A DNA stretch of 61,527 nucleotides, filler included, from Basidioascus undulatus (lineage: Eukaryota), in the NCBI GenBank assembly GCA_000826855.1. It is 5 parts of 5 records of this genome, joined end to end, with 100 filler letters (N's around TTAATTAATTAA, not from the genome) between each part and the next. Parts side by side here need not be neighbours in the genome. Positions count along the whole stretch, not along the records: positions 1 to 12,246 come from JTLS01000930.1; positions 12,347 to 24,589 come from JTLS01000931.1; 3 more parts are not named here. One strand, given 5' to 3'. Numbering within the stretch: the stretch's first letter is position 1; each line of letters starts with the position of its first letter. A program made the translations under genes and the position numbers. Shown one piece after another: positions 1-13,465 of the stretch. The notes under the pieces are model-generated. The model was not told the DNA's origin, did not search any database, and was given only the letters and a program-made list of their open reading frames with translations.

Positions 1-2316
1 CCCCCCCATCAGCATGATTCTTTTTCCTTTGAATTCGCGCCGAAGCAGCAGCAGAAGGTGCACGCACTGAGCATCCGCCGAATCTCCTGCGTCCCCGCGC
101 CGACGCAGTACAGCCGTGCATCGCGGAGGAACCTGTTCGGGCCATCCCATCCAATGCGGTCAGCCCCGGTGCCATGGATTTCTTCGAGGTAGAAAAAGGA
201 AATGAACGGACCGCCCAGTAGGGTACTCGTTAATGCTGCGCGTAAGAGTGGGGGTTCAGCGCGGGGTCCTGTCGAGCGGAAAAGCAAGGAAGGAAGAGGC
301 GCAACATACTATCCGTTCCCACCCAAGCACTGCATCGCCTCAACAGCGACCTCGACGGCTGTCACGTTCCACCCTCGCCGCGTCAGCCTTCCTTCTCCAT
401 GTCCTTCTCCCAGAATAAAAACAAACCCTTATCAGACGAATACAAGATGGCCGCTGCGCAGTCCTGTGTGCCCCAGGCGCCCGGTCAGATTCATCGATCA
501 TCAGCCGACTAGAGGCGGGAGAAGAAGGGACATGGGCAGGGAAAAGAGAAGCAGCGCACCCTCCGCGAAACATGCCCTGCGTCACACGCGCGCGCTACGG
601 TGTACACGAGGGAACGGGAGGTGACGAGCGCGGTGTACATGTCTGTCCACGCCCGAACTTCTCAGCTCGCCGGTCCTCTCTCCCTCTCCCCTTATGGACC
701 GACACGAGACGCACCCGCAATCTTGCCTGTCCACCGCCGAAAACGTTCAAGTTAGTCCGACTACGTAAATTGAAGAACGAGGGCCGAGGAGGAAAGGAGG
801 TAAAGGGAAGGAAGACGACCCACCCTGCATCAGCCCGAACTCGCCCACCTTCTGCCCGAACTGCTCCCGGTCATGCACGTACTCAACCGCATAGTCAAAC
901 GCGGCCTGCATGATCCTGATTACCCGTGCCCGCATCCCGTACACACATTAGTCCTTGACTCAGTTGGTTTTGTAAGAAACAGACGGAGAAGGAGTAATGT
1001 CGGTAGGAGAAGGAAGAAGAGGGAAAATATGAAGGGAAGAGAGGAAGACCGCGCACCCTAGGGGCCCACCGGAAAGGACGAGGCGCTCCAGGTCGAGACC
1101 GGACATGAGGACGGCCGCGCCCTTGTTGAGCGGGCCGAGGAGATTCGACTCGGGGACGAAGCAGTCGTTGAAGACGAGCTCGGCTGTCTCAGAGCCGCGC
1201 ATCTGCATTTCAATCCAGAGCCAGTCAGCCATACACCAGGGGAAAGTTGGGCGAGGGAAGGGATACAGGAGAAGGAAGGGAAGGAGGGAGGGAGGAGCCT
1301 CGGAGGAGGGAGAGAGCACGCACCCCGAACTTGTCGAGCTCCTGTCCGATCGAAAAGCCCGGAAAGCCCTTCTCGACGATGAAGGTCGAGATGCCCTTGC
1401 TCCCCTTTGTCGGCTCCGTCTTCGCGTACACGATGAGGGTGTCGGCCGCGGGGCCGTTGGTGATCCTTCCGCGTCCATCCCCAACCTCCGCTTCAGTACT
1501 CGCAGGGAAGGAAGGAAGGCGAGAACAAGAGGGAACGAAAGTTCAAGAAGCCCTCACCAGAACTTAGTTCCATTCAACTTCCACCCGCCCTCGACCTTCT
1601 CCGCGCGGAGCTTCATGCTGACCACGTCGCTCCCAGCGCCCGGCTCGGACATGGCGAGCGCGCCGACCTTGTCGCCGGACACGAGGTCGGGGAGGTACTT
1701 TGCCTTCTGCTCGGGCGTCCCGTGCCGCCGGAGCTGGTTCACGCACAGGTTCGAGTGCGCGCCGTACGAGAGCGCGACGGACGCGGACGCGCGGGAGATC
1801 TCTGTGTGGGAGGAAATGTAAGGGGGGTAGGGATGAAGGCGGAGGGGGTAGAGGGGAAGCGCACCCTCCATGGCTATGGTGTGCGTGAAGTAGCCGAGGT
1901 CCACGCCGCCGTATTCTTCAGGGACAGTCATGCCTGTGCGATTCCCCAAGCCAAGTCAGCATCGACCTCACGCCAGTGGCGCACACTGCTCACCAAGCAG
2001 CCCCATATCCCCAAACTTCTTCCACAGATCCTAGACGCCCCCGCAACCACGCTCAGCATCTCCTCCCTACCCCTCCGTCCTCGCGTCTCCCCGCAGCACC
2101 CACCTTGGGGAACTTGTTCGCGCGATCGATCTCTGCCGCCCTCGGCGCAATCTCCTTTTGCGCGAACGCGGCGACAGACTCGCGGAACTCAGCCTGCTCG
2201 TCCGTCAGCCCTGCGATGGCAGACGCATAGTGGGAGAGGGCGCGGTGAGCGGTGGGTGTCAGTGTGCGGCGGGCGAGGGCGGCTGGTCGGAGGAGGGCGG
2301 GGCGCAGCAGGGGCAT
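1..2316 (-). CDS. IVD: Isovaleryl-CoA dehydrogenase, mitochondrial; multi-exon, 3' end runs off the window edge
   Basis: Spliced exons give an Arg-rich presequence and acyl-CoA dehydrogenase motifs: [97 protein letters not shown] introns join them in frame. Confidence 0.95.
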
Positions 2317-2676
2317 GGCGGGCGGATCGGTGAGGGGTGTGGATGGAGGTGTGGAGGATGAAAACGAGGAAGATGATGGTCAGGGTATTGATCAAAGGTG
2401 CAAGAGTGCCGCTGCGGCATTGGAATGCCATGCGCGATAACGCCCACGTGCCGGGATCCGGGTCACGGCAGTTCGTCGGGCCGGCAGGCGGCAGGAAAGC
2501 AGTCGTCTCCCTCGGAATGGGCTTTCTGTTTCTTTTTTCAGTGTCTCTGACCACGAGCCAAAACACAAATTTCACAGAACCTCACGCGAAGGGATCTACT
2601 GCCGAAAACAAGTGTCGTCAAGTGGAAGCAATAAGTTAAGAAGTGTCCCTCGAGCACAGCGGCCCCCGGCCGCATT

Positions 2677-5115
2677 TCACCCCGCCTCCCCCAACCGCCG
2701 CACCACGAAGGGCCCCTCAAAGCCCGTCAACTCCTGCGTCTCCGTATCTTTTCCCCCGCCAGCCCCACCAGCACATACCACACCAGAGTGATTATCAGCT
2801 TCTGCTTCAACTGTGAAAAAAGCGACGGATAGACGCACCTCGCCAGCGCCCGACCCAGATGGAGTCCGTCACGAGGTAGCCGCGGAAGAGCCACTCTTTG
2901 TGGGCCTTGTCCTATCGCAGCGCAGAGTGTCAGATCGGTCCTGACATCAAGGCAGCGTCTAATTCCATCAAAGACGTACCTCGTACGTATGCCGAAAAAC
3001 GATCAAGCCGTCCCATGCGCGCTGTCCCAGTCCGCCAAAGATCAGTGCCTGCGAACCGGAAGCAGGGAGCAGTAAGAGCGGAAGAGGGCAAAGGGTAACG
3101 ACCTACCCTCTCCCATCAATCCCAAACCTCCCGCAATGGTTCTTCTCTCCCCCTCTTTCTTCCCGCGCTCCACCCGCTCCAAGATCGTTCACTCGCAGTG
3201 CGTCTCCTCATACAAGCCCGTTGTTTCGTACACCGGCCCAGCAAGAATATCAGTCTCGTGGGAAACTGGGAAAGGTGAGACGGGGGACGGGGGGCACGGA
3301 CAGATGCAATGCCGCCGGTCTGCTTTGGGAGGGGAGGGATGCTGAGTGGGACGCTGAGAGTGGGAGAGAGAGGTGGGAGGAAGGCGGGAAGGAACGGACA
3401 ATGAAATCACAGTAGGCGGGGTAGTCGAAGAAAGCGATATTGCCTCTCCGTTTTCCCTTCAGGCGATCCTACATCCCCCATCCCATTCAAGCCACCCTGC
3501 ATGAGTATGCGAACCCACCAAGTCCGCAGCAAAAGGGAAAGCGTACCCTCAGGAACCCCGCGTGCAGCCCCGCGCTTGCACACGGGTGGAGCGCCGCCGT
3601 AAACACCCCAACAGCATGTCGTACCCCTCGCTCGTGCGAGGAGGCGGAAGCAGGTCGTCGGGCGGCTGGACGTGGGCGATCTCGGGCGAGCCGGTCGGCC
3701 AGACGTAAGCGAGCTGGACTTTGGTTGGGCGCGGGGTGGTAGAGCGGGGGGTGGAGTGGGAGAGGCTGTTCGGGAGGGAAGGGGTTTGAGACGGAGATGT
3801 GGGGAGGGGGAAAATGGGGAAGGGAGACGGACCGGACGAAGCGGTGCATGATCATGGCGAGTGCGAGCGGCGGGGGCGCGACGAGCCGGTCCTGCCCGAA
3901 GTAGGTGATGCGCTCGGCCACGCAGTGCGGGTGGAGAATTCCGCAATGAAGGGGTTGGTCGTATTGGGCGGGGGGTGGCTGTGCGAGAATGAGCAGCTAA
4001 ATAGGAAAGGGAGGAGCCATGCTGAAGAGCGTACGGGTGTAGTGAGCTGTGTACTGCGACGTTGAAAGGGGCGATTAGCATATGGCCACGAGGGAAGGGC
4101 GGGAGAAGAGAGAAAACGCGTACCTTGTGCGTAGCGAAGCAGTATGGTCTCGTAGTCCAAGACCTAGTCCCCAACAATACCAATCGGTCCCGCGCTTCTC
4201 ACTCCCGCGCTTCTCATAACCTTAAAGAACAAGCACATAGACGCACAGCTCGTCCTCCGCCTGACTCGCGAACGCCTTGCGCTCGCTCGGCGTGGTCTCC
4301 CACCGGCGCCCCGGTAACCGTTCCTGATTCTTCTTATCCAGCGCGCGAAGGACGACCACCGTTCAAGACATGACAGCTTGGATGGACGTCGGAGGTGGAA
4401 AGCCCGGTTGAAGGGCGAGGATGTCGAGCTCGCGCGACCAGAAGAGGCCGGCGAAGGAGTGGAAGAGCGGGAGGAGGTGGTGCGCGTTTAATTTGTCTGG
4501 GAAGGGTAAGGCGAGGCAGAGAAGATCTTCGCGTGAGCATCCTCGAAAACGAAATTGTTCTCGATATGAATGAGAAGAGAACGCACCGTGCTCAATAGCC
4601 AGCATGAAAGCTATCCAGCAGTCCCTCCTGAGCACGTGCGCTGCGTCCGGCAAGCTCGCGTAGATCTCGTGGACCTTTCCCGTCCTCACGCATTCGCGCA
4701 TGCGCCCCAGCCCTCGTACCGCGCCTTGAGCTCCTTCACACTGCAAACGGCGTGTGCAGCGGCGCCTCGGCGAGCGTCCAGCGGCGCAAGATCGCACGCG
4801 TATCGAACTTGGCGGCAAATATGCACGGCCAGATTGTGTCGCCCGGGGCAGTGGTGAGCTCGAGAAAGACGCGTTTTGCGGAAGGAGGAAGGCGCGCAAG
4901 GGGGAGGCGGGATCCGGGGCTGAGGGAGAAGAAGTTAAGTGCGTTAGGAAGAGAGCCGGGGGTTGGAATCAGAGATAAAAACACGCACTATGCGGTAGGG
5001 AACACCAGAATGCGATGTTCACGAGTACCTCTGCAGGCAGAGAAGCGATCGACAGCGGCGAATGCGTCTTTGCGGGGGTAGGGTCCGCGAGAAGGGAAGA
5101 AATCGTGCTCGACAT
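2677..5115 (-). CDS. Basidiomycete-type F-box-like protein with conserved C-terminal domain; multi-exon
   Basis: N-terminal SIASLPAEVLVNIA (F-box-like). C-terminal exons splice to AWDGLIVF, WLFRGYL, WVGRWR and GFEGPFV, then TGA at 2677-2679. Start codon and internal exons are approximate. Confidence 0.7.
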
Positions 5116-6523
5116 GATGGCTGCCAGCGACGATCTGCACGATGAAAACAATCAGCGTGCCCTCGAATCGACCATGTTAGCAAGTTCAACAGCAAGGATG
5201 GACATGATGGAGGTACGGAGGCAAGCTGGGAGGAGGCTGCAACGGAGCGGCGGCTTCTCAAGTCACAGATTCAGAAAGCACGCGTCCAGCTCCGTCTCGG
5301 GTGTTGTCGAGGCGAGGCGAGAGAAACGGCGGCAAACGACGGCACCCCCGGCTTTTACACGGGGTTAAGCGGGATCAGATAATAATAATAGCGGAGATGC
5401 GTAAGCAAGTCTCCTTCCGCGACCAGGAGAATATGTACAAGTACCAGTGGCTCAGTTGAGAGTAATGTTCAGCTCCCGAGAAGAGCGCCGCTCATCACGA
5501 CTTACATACGCCAAACTTGTCTCCCATGATGATCGAATTTGTTGGTTTTGTCAGTTTGTGGATGCAGGAGTGGCTGGAGATACGGTGCGAAGACCCAAGG
5601 CTGATGGGTTCGGTCGGGCCGATCTTCGACGGACTGTCAACCTCCCCATCGTCGACCTCCATCTTAATCGTCCTCTCAACCACCTCCTGAGCATTTCCGC
5701 GCGTCCCTGGGGGTGCTCATATAGGGAAATGAGGCGACAATGAGCTTTCGTTTCAAGTTACACGCTCACCCGCCGAACTGCAAATCAAGCGACAGGCCTG
5801 CTAATTCGCCGAGCACGGCGGACATTGACATTCCGAGTGCCCGATCATCTTCTCGTTGTTCTGCTTCTCTAGTACTCCCAAATGGCAAGGGCAAGTACAC
5901 AACCTATCCAATGAGACTTATTCTTGCTGCCTCTTGCACAACCCAATAAGCCACAATATAAAAATCATCCAATCTGGTGTCAAAGTATGGGGCGGACCAC
6001 CGCAGATGTACAAATTTTCTGCAGACGGCGACGCATACTGGCCGTATAGTGGCAAGCATAGAATACCGTGGAAATACCGGAGCTTCTCTGAGCAAACGGA
6101 GAAGAACCTGCCTGTCCGAAAAAAGGAACATGTGCCATGAGCATGCGGGGGACCAGGGCATCGAAGAGAGACACGGCCACCTACCAACAGCAGTTTCCCA
6201 CTAACCGACATCTACCAGTCAAAGCCACACTTGTAAAGAGTGCCACTGGACGCGGCAAGCCCGTTCCAGCCATTCTTGAAGTCTGAGCGAGCGCCGGGGC
6301 AGCGCGACTCGTCGGTCAAGTCGAACTTCTGGTCACCAGCGGAGACCTAACTGGTCGGGCCGGAGCAGAAGGTCAACTCGCAGATCCATATGAGTTATTT
6401 GGATGAAACTATACCTCAAGGGAGTCGCAAGGAAGTCGGTGGCGTCAACTGATGAGATGCTATCCGGTTAGGAGTGCACACGCAGCGGTGAAAGCTAACA
6501 GCAAATGCGCACACCTTTCGGGG

Positions 6524-6560
6524 TTCCACAGCCTTTGGGGTTTCCACAGCCTTTGGGGTT
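6524..6560. repeat. 18-bp tandem duplication (ttccacagcctttggggt x2)
   Basis: Two adjacent identical copies seen directly. Confidence 0.85.
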
Positions 6561-9035
6561 GAAGGAAACTTCGTTCCAGTCTTGGATGGCCTGATAGAGA
6601 ATCCTTATGAGCAGAGACTTCCCCGTATGTTGAACAGGCGAATGACACATTACCTGCGAGGTTTTGACGGTGATCCAGCCGCTGTTGGGCGCCCAGTCGC
6701 CGTAGCTGCCACGCTGGTTACCGCTGTGACCCACGAATGAGGATTACAAAATATGCAGAGAATGCTAGAAGATGTTGCTATAAATGGACGACTTGCTTCG
6801 GGTCAGTGAAGGTTGCCTCGCCCGTGAAGCTGCCTTCGCCGATGGACGACTGGCGCCGAGAATATCACGAGAATGGGCCCGTTTATCGGCGTCGTCACGC
6901 TTCTTGAGGATGGTGGACGCGGTGATTCCGACCTCAAGGACGCAGCTCTAGCCGGGCGCCGCAATCGATTGGCGGCGAAGCGAGGACAAGGGCGGAAGAG
7001 GAGAAGGTAAGTGCATGGTGGGGGTACTAGGAGAGGTGTAGATGATCACGAGGAGAGCGGACGGCAGGAATGTGGGGCTTGAGGAGGAGGCAAGCAAGGC
7101 CTGCAGGTTTATATGCTTGCGTGGTTGCACTTCCAGATACAGTACCTTGAGGTCCTACCTGCGCGGATGGCCCATCTGGGTTCTTATGAAACATACTAAC
7201 AAAAATTAGGGCATTGATACATGTGCCGTTGGTATGCAACGCTGCAGGGGCGACCGAGGACCAGCGAGAAGAGCACATGGAGCGAGTGCAAGATGACCGC
7301 AGTGCGCTATACTTGAATCGTTCGCTGACGTCGGTTCCAGCGCTCTACGGTATATATCGCATGGAGGGGCGTGTGGAAGGAGAGGTGCACCTCGTGGAGT
7401 CTTTAAGCTATACAATCAAGCCATCAGGAGCAACCACTTCCAGCGCGAGCGTGCCTAGCCCAGCCAAAATTAGGAAGAGCATGCGGTCTCGACTGAAGCG
7501 CAGTTGTGGTCCAAGTGACCCTCCGCAGTACTATGCAGGAAAGATTATACTGAACTCATTGTTACACATGTGAGTATGCTTTGGGAAAAGGCAACTTGGG
7601 ATGCAATGGGCTGGACGAGGAGTCAGAGCGATGCCTTGCTCCATGACTGTGGCTCAGGAAATTGCGCGTTGCTGCTGATGCTCACTTCGGCGCTTTGGTA
7701 GCATCAGGTAACGGTAAATTTATACATCAGTTAAATGGGATGTAAGATACCGCCGAACCTTTGGCCGCCATGCACAAGTAAGTGGCACATTGCACTGCAA
7801 GCCACGCACAATGTTACCCAGTCTCGTATGAATCGCGCGCTATAGTGTGACCGTAGTGAAGGAGTCTCCAATGAATATTGAATATTTTTACAACCGCTGT
7901 ACTCCCTTTTCCCGTACAGCTACAAGTGCAGCCCGAGACGCCGGGAGTGGCAGATGCGCGAGGCCTCAGAAGTCACGACTCATGCTTTCAAAACCGACCC
8001 ACATTGTGATCAGACAGCAAACAGGCTTTTACTCAGCAGCAGAGCCGTATATTTTTCAATCCTTTCAGAAGGTCAGAAGTTCCATCAGAAGCGTTGTACT
8101 CTGGAACCAGCCCGATTGATCGGCGGCTGTGCGCCGTCGCACATAAAGATTACTTCACTCGACTGGCAAGTGACAGAGATCATGACTACTTCTGGCCAAT
8201 GATATATTTGTGAGAGGCACCAGAATTATTATTATTATATGCGAAGATTGCGACAGAAGACACTGGGGACCTGGGGATGCCCCAACGGCCGACGCAGTCT
8301 TGCGGCCTGCACCTTCCACGTTCGGTGCAGCCCAATGCGGCGAGGTCATTCACTGAGGAGGAGGAGCTGTGCTCGTTATATGGACTAAAAAGAAGTCTAA
8401 GAAAGGCTTTTCAAAAGCTTGACTGCACTCAATCCACATTTCGGGAGCTCAGCCTCCTACGGTAAGCTTCTCACCGTCACCAACACCCACAGTCAGCGTC
8501 TACTTTCCCTCCATTATCTTCCCCCTACCCTGCCTTTGGTGCCTCACAAAAACCGCAAATGGTACAATGTAGAAGTATGTGATAACTTTGGGAAGGTTCT
8601 CGCCGTTCGGGTGGCATGTGCACTGAGGCGGAATGAAGCGGACATGCTACCCACTGCCAAACTCCCATCCATACCATGACTCGCTTTTGAGGACCTGAAT
8701 AAATCAGATTTGCGTAGAGGATTTAGATCATCTGTCTTCGGTCTCGTAGAGCTCCGGGGAACAGGACATTGTTGGCACAGCACTGACACTGGAGAGCCTG
8801 GTACCTGCTGCGACGCGGAAGGTGTTAGCCTTTGAAGCGATAGAAATCTGTAATGGACGGAGGAATCGTTTGAATCAAAAAGGGCCTTGGGCCCTATGAC
8901 GCCTCAGTTTTCGTGCTGAGTATGCAGTGAGGCTTGTACTTGCTGCCATATATTGTTTGGCAACCCCTCCCTAGTACCCTCCGCTTCCCTCCCGCTCACC
9001 TTCCCCTTGCTTGCTAAGCTCTTTCCTCGACCACC

Positions 9036-11325
9036 ATGTCCCTCCCATCCACAGGCACGCGCATTATCCTAAATCAATCCGGGCAGGCCCACCGTGGCAC
9101 AGTCCTCTATGCCGGCCCTGTGAATGTCACTTCCGGCGTGTGGCTGGGAATCGAGTGGGACGACGCGTCTCGAGGGAAGCATTCGGGCTCGCATGGCGGC
9201 CGGGAATACTTCTCTTGTCGGTGCGTCCTAATCTCTCGTTCTCTCTTCCTAGAGAAAGTTGCTGAGAATTGAGGAGACAGCGTTCCAAACTCTGCGACCT
9301 TCCTCCGCCCAACCCCGCACCTCTCGACCGGCCAGTCGCTCCTCAGCGCACTGCGAGCGAAATACACCGCCGCGCAGGCGGACGGGGCGCCGGATAGAGT
9401 CACCCTCGGGAGCTCGGACGGGACGATAGAGGTCGAAGCACCGAGGATGGAGAAGGTGTTGCGGAGGCTGGGGAGGGTGGAGGAGTTGAAGGAGGTGGGG
9501 CTGGAGGGGGTCGGCGTATGGGGTGTCGGGGCGGGTGAGGAGGAAGAGCTGCGGGCGCTGGGAAAAAGTGAGTCTTCTTGTTCCAGTGGCATGTCTTCCA
9601 AGGTGGGCTTTTGGACGTCTGGAGAAGGCAGGGAGGCTGGGGATCGCTGGGGCGGGGCTTGGAGCCGAGACGACGTGTACTTCTCCCCGAATCATGCACT
9701 ACTTTTTCCTCGAACACGCAAGGCCTATCGCAACCCGAATCGAAGATCGCTCATTTTCGTTTGCACCACGTTCATCCCTCCAGACGTCCGCCACCTCTCG
9801 CTCACGCATTCGCTCATCGCCAACCTCGCCGCCGTCTCCCGCATCGCAAGCTGCCTGCCGAAGCTCGAAAGCCTCGACGTCAGGTGCTTGACCTTTTCTA
9901 CAGTTCCTGTGGTTATCATGTTTCTAACGGGTAAGGGGAACACGACCGACAGCTTCAACCGCTTCGCCGAGCTTGACGCCTCGCTGGGCGATGAAGGCGC
10001 GGGCCTGACGCGGCTGAAGGTGCTGAAGCTGAACGGCACACTGGTCAATTGGAGCGAGGTGCGGGACCTTTCCGTCTGAACCCTGCTTTCATACTGACGA
10101 TCTTAACCAATTCCTCCCTTCGCAGATCCAACGCCTCTCCTCGTCCCTCCCCTCCGTCACGCACATCGAACTCTCCCTCAACGCCCTCACCACGCTGTGT
10201 CCATCCTCCCCTGCGCCCTCACTCCCCAACATCAAATTACTCAACTTCTCCTCCAACTCTCTCGCATCGTGGTCCGATATCCAATCCACACTCAGCGCTC
10301 TTCCCTCGTGTGCCTTCATCACCGGCCCCGTCCTTCATCTGTCCGCCTTCCCAGTTTCTAACTCGTATTATCACAGACTCGACTCCCTCATACTCACCTC
10401 GAACCAAATCACGGAGATCCCGGTGTCAGGAGGCCCATGGCCGACGCTGAGGCAGCTGGCGATTTCGTCCAACCCGATTAAGGAGTGGGGCAGCGTCGAT
10501 GCGCTGCACACTGTCTTGCCGGCGCTGGAGAACCTCACGCTGCAGGATTGTCCGCTGCTGGAGAGTAAGCTGCTTTTTACTCTGCGCGTCTTCGCAGCGG
10601 TCACTGATTGGCGGCACGTATCGCAGGCGAAGCGCACTCCAGGGCGCGTCAGCTAATGATAGCTCGTATCGGATCACTCAAGGTCTTGAACTCCAGCCAG
10701 GTGCGTTCCGTACTTCCACCATTGCCTTATTTTTTGGGCGATGCTCACTCTTAACCTCTCTCGACGCAGATCACTGAGCACGAACGCAAGGACGCAGAGC
10801 TGTACTACCTCGGCCAACCCACCAGCAGCCGGCCGAGCCCACGCTGGGCTGAGCTGTGCAAACGTGAATTGAATGCCTCTTTTCTTCTTCTGCATTCTCC
10901 GTGGCTCACAGTGACGGGTATTGCAGGCTATGACATCCAGTCGGACGCCCCGTCGTCCGCCCCTTCCTCCGCACCGTCCAACACACTTCAATCCAAACTC
11001 CTACGCACGTCTCCGCTCCACCTCCTCTCCTTGACCTACCCGATGTTGACACTTTGCCTCCCGCACAGACTTGACCCTCCACCTTCCCGCCCCAGCCGAA
11101 CCGCAGCCCATCAAAGTCCTCCGCACGATGCCGCTGCGCGCACTGCGCGCCAAGCTCGCGCGAACAGCCGGCCGGAAGCCCGCGGAGGTGAAGTTGTGGG
11201 CAGTACTGGGTCATGATGAAGGTGTGGAGAAAGGGAGCCTGAGGATCGAGATGGAGGATGAGGGGAAGGAGGTCGGGTGGTTTGGGTTGGGGCAGGGAGA
11301 ACGGATAGAGCTGGAGATTAGGTGA
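9036..11325 (+). CDS. TBCE: Tubulin-specific chaperone E (CAP-Gly, LRR, ubiquitin-like; Pac2/Alp21 family)
   Basis: CAP-Gly motif GVWLGIEWDDASRGKHSG, LRR exons (LESLDV..N, LKVLKLNGT, LRQLAISSNPI), ERKDAELYYL, PRWAELCKRY, and a C-terminal UBL ending at TGA 11323-11325. Confidence 0.93.
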
Positions 11326-12246
11326 AGTTGGACAAATACAATGCACAAGTGCAGGTATTGACATGGGCATTAACGAAATCAAATGATAAGCACGGAAGGA
11401 CAATCGCGAGTGGTAAGTCTGCCAAACCCGATGTGCACAACGCATTGCGCGCATCAAGCAGGGTGCAATGCAGGTATATAGCGCTCTCAGGACTTTGATA
11501 TGCTTCTGATACCCGTTGCAGCGGAGTCACAATCGTCTTGGGAGTGCTACGTACTTCTCTCAGAGAGCGAAACGGTTGTCGGGCGGCAGCTACGTACTTA
11601 CTAGTAACCGAGATCGAAGCTTTACCGAGCGGCCAACGAGACTTGCTTCTTGCTGTCGGTGGCAAAATACTTCCGAGGTGACTACTATCTTATTGACTTG
11701 CCCGAGGCGTGCACATCATATTGATGATACCCGGGGTGCACTTCTTGTACAAGCACATCCGCTGCGGTTCCGGAGGCCCGAGGGCATGACCGGACTTGAG
11801 GGCGCAGGTATTCTTGTCGGCTTCCTGCACCCCCTTTGCCCCTTTCGTGATCCTGGAGATGCTTCCGTTCATGTATGTAGACTACGGAAACTGCGAGGTC
11901 GTGGCGCAAAATGCAAAGAAGGTCCTGCGCGTTGGGTGTCCGGCGCCCGGATATTGTCTGTCTTCAGTGAAATTTGCAAGGAGGAAAGATGCAGGAGTAC
12001 GAGCTTCCGAACTTCGAGTTCATCCTTGAGAGATATTTGGGTATTTTAGTCCCAACTTGATAGGGGCTTCCATATCCGGGACGGAGGGGAAAGCGGAAAG
12101 TGAGCGACAGTTAGCATACAAATTTGCAGGAGCCGGTTTGTGAGTGTGGTCTTCACCGCATCATAGCCTTCCATATCGCACACAGACTGGTCTACATGAC
12201 GTAACATTCGCACACTCGAATATTTTTCATGTCAAGCGCTCGTGCG

Positions 12247-12346
12247 NNNNNNNNNNNNNNNNNNNNNNNNNNNNNNNNNNNNNNNNNNNNTTAATTAATT
12301 AANNNNNNNNNNNNNNNNNNNNNNNNNNNNNNNNNNNNNNNNNNNN
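12247..12346. other. Artificial contig spacer N44-TTAATTAATTAA-N44
   Basis: 100-bp linker with stops in all six frames; occurs identically four times. Confidence 0.98.
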
Positions 12347-13465
12347 TGCCAAACACACCAGATCTTGAGTGCTCAAGGCTGCTCAAGGGCAAAAGTCCCC
12401 TTGTTGGCCAGAAGCTCCTCCCCGACTCAACCTTGCTTGCCAAATTAAGGCCATACCCAAGCAGCTGGCACATTCCAAGAATTCTCCAAGAGTTTCTGTA
12501 CGATCTTACAGGCCAACCAATCCCAGGTAGATTCGCACGAGTAATACTAGGCGGCGACTGGCGGCTGCGCTGCAGACACTGCTGTGCTGAGTGTGAGCTC
12601 AGTGTTCTCGACTAACACGCTAACTAAAAGGGGGAGCTTCACGTCCTTCCAATTTTTCTGTGGGACAGTTTCGTCAGGACGGGGTTCAGGCAATAGAGGA
12701 GGGTGTTCAGCAGACGGTAGGCCAGCAGCCGCAGGAGCTCCAACTGTGTCCCAGTGGGCGCTATGTCACCCAAGTAGGTCTTGACAAAACGGAAGCAAAC
12801 CCCCTTGTGGTTGGAGGGTTTTTATAAGAGAACTCCAATCTCTATCATGCTATCCTCCGGTTGCCGCAGCGGACCGTTGCGACGTTACACCGAGCAGCGA
12901 TCGGCGCATCGACAGCTTGATGAAACTGGGACGGCAGAGCACGTGCATGAGCTTGCCAGTCAGTAGCTTAGAAGTGTAGGTTACAAAATAAATGCAAGGA
13001 TAGTGGTTTGTGAAAGTTGCCCAATGTGGGGCAGGGGACCATGGACGACGACAGGAGATGTGGGCCAGGGTCGAGACTCAGTCGAAACGGCGACTCGCGG
13101 TGGAGATATACGTGTGCTGAATATTAATTTTTCTCGCATGTGATCTCCATGACGTAAAAGTACGGTGTCCGAGCTATTCCACAGCGACGCAACACCGCCT
13201 CTCGAGGCGGGCCGGGTCAGTTCCTAGTTCCTTCAGCGCATCTGCCAGCTCCTGCTAATCATGGCTCATGTTACAGCCCTGTCAAGGGATAAAGTTTCTC
13301 CTGACAAACACCGGAGAACGCCTCCAATAACCCGTACAACTAAGAGCGAAAAGATCTCGGGGAATGCCGTCAACCGGAGGATCAAGACAGTCGCAGAGCA
13401 GCAAGCAATCAGACAGCCAGACCAGAATGCTAAAGCACCATCATGGTATGTTGCAGCTCAACAGC

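Noticed and set aside
12291..12302. TTAATTAATTAA palindrome as a recombination or regulatory site
   Set aside because: It is always centred in 44+44 Ns, so it is a synthetic six-frame-stop linker.
11400..13400. Short ORFs flanking the first spacer as genes or a transposon
   Set aside because: Frames are stop-riddled with no transposase or RT motif and no terminal repeats seen; the two sides belong to different contigs.
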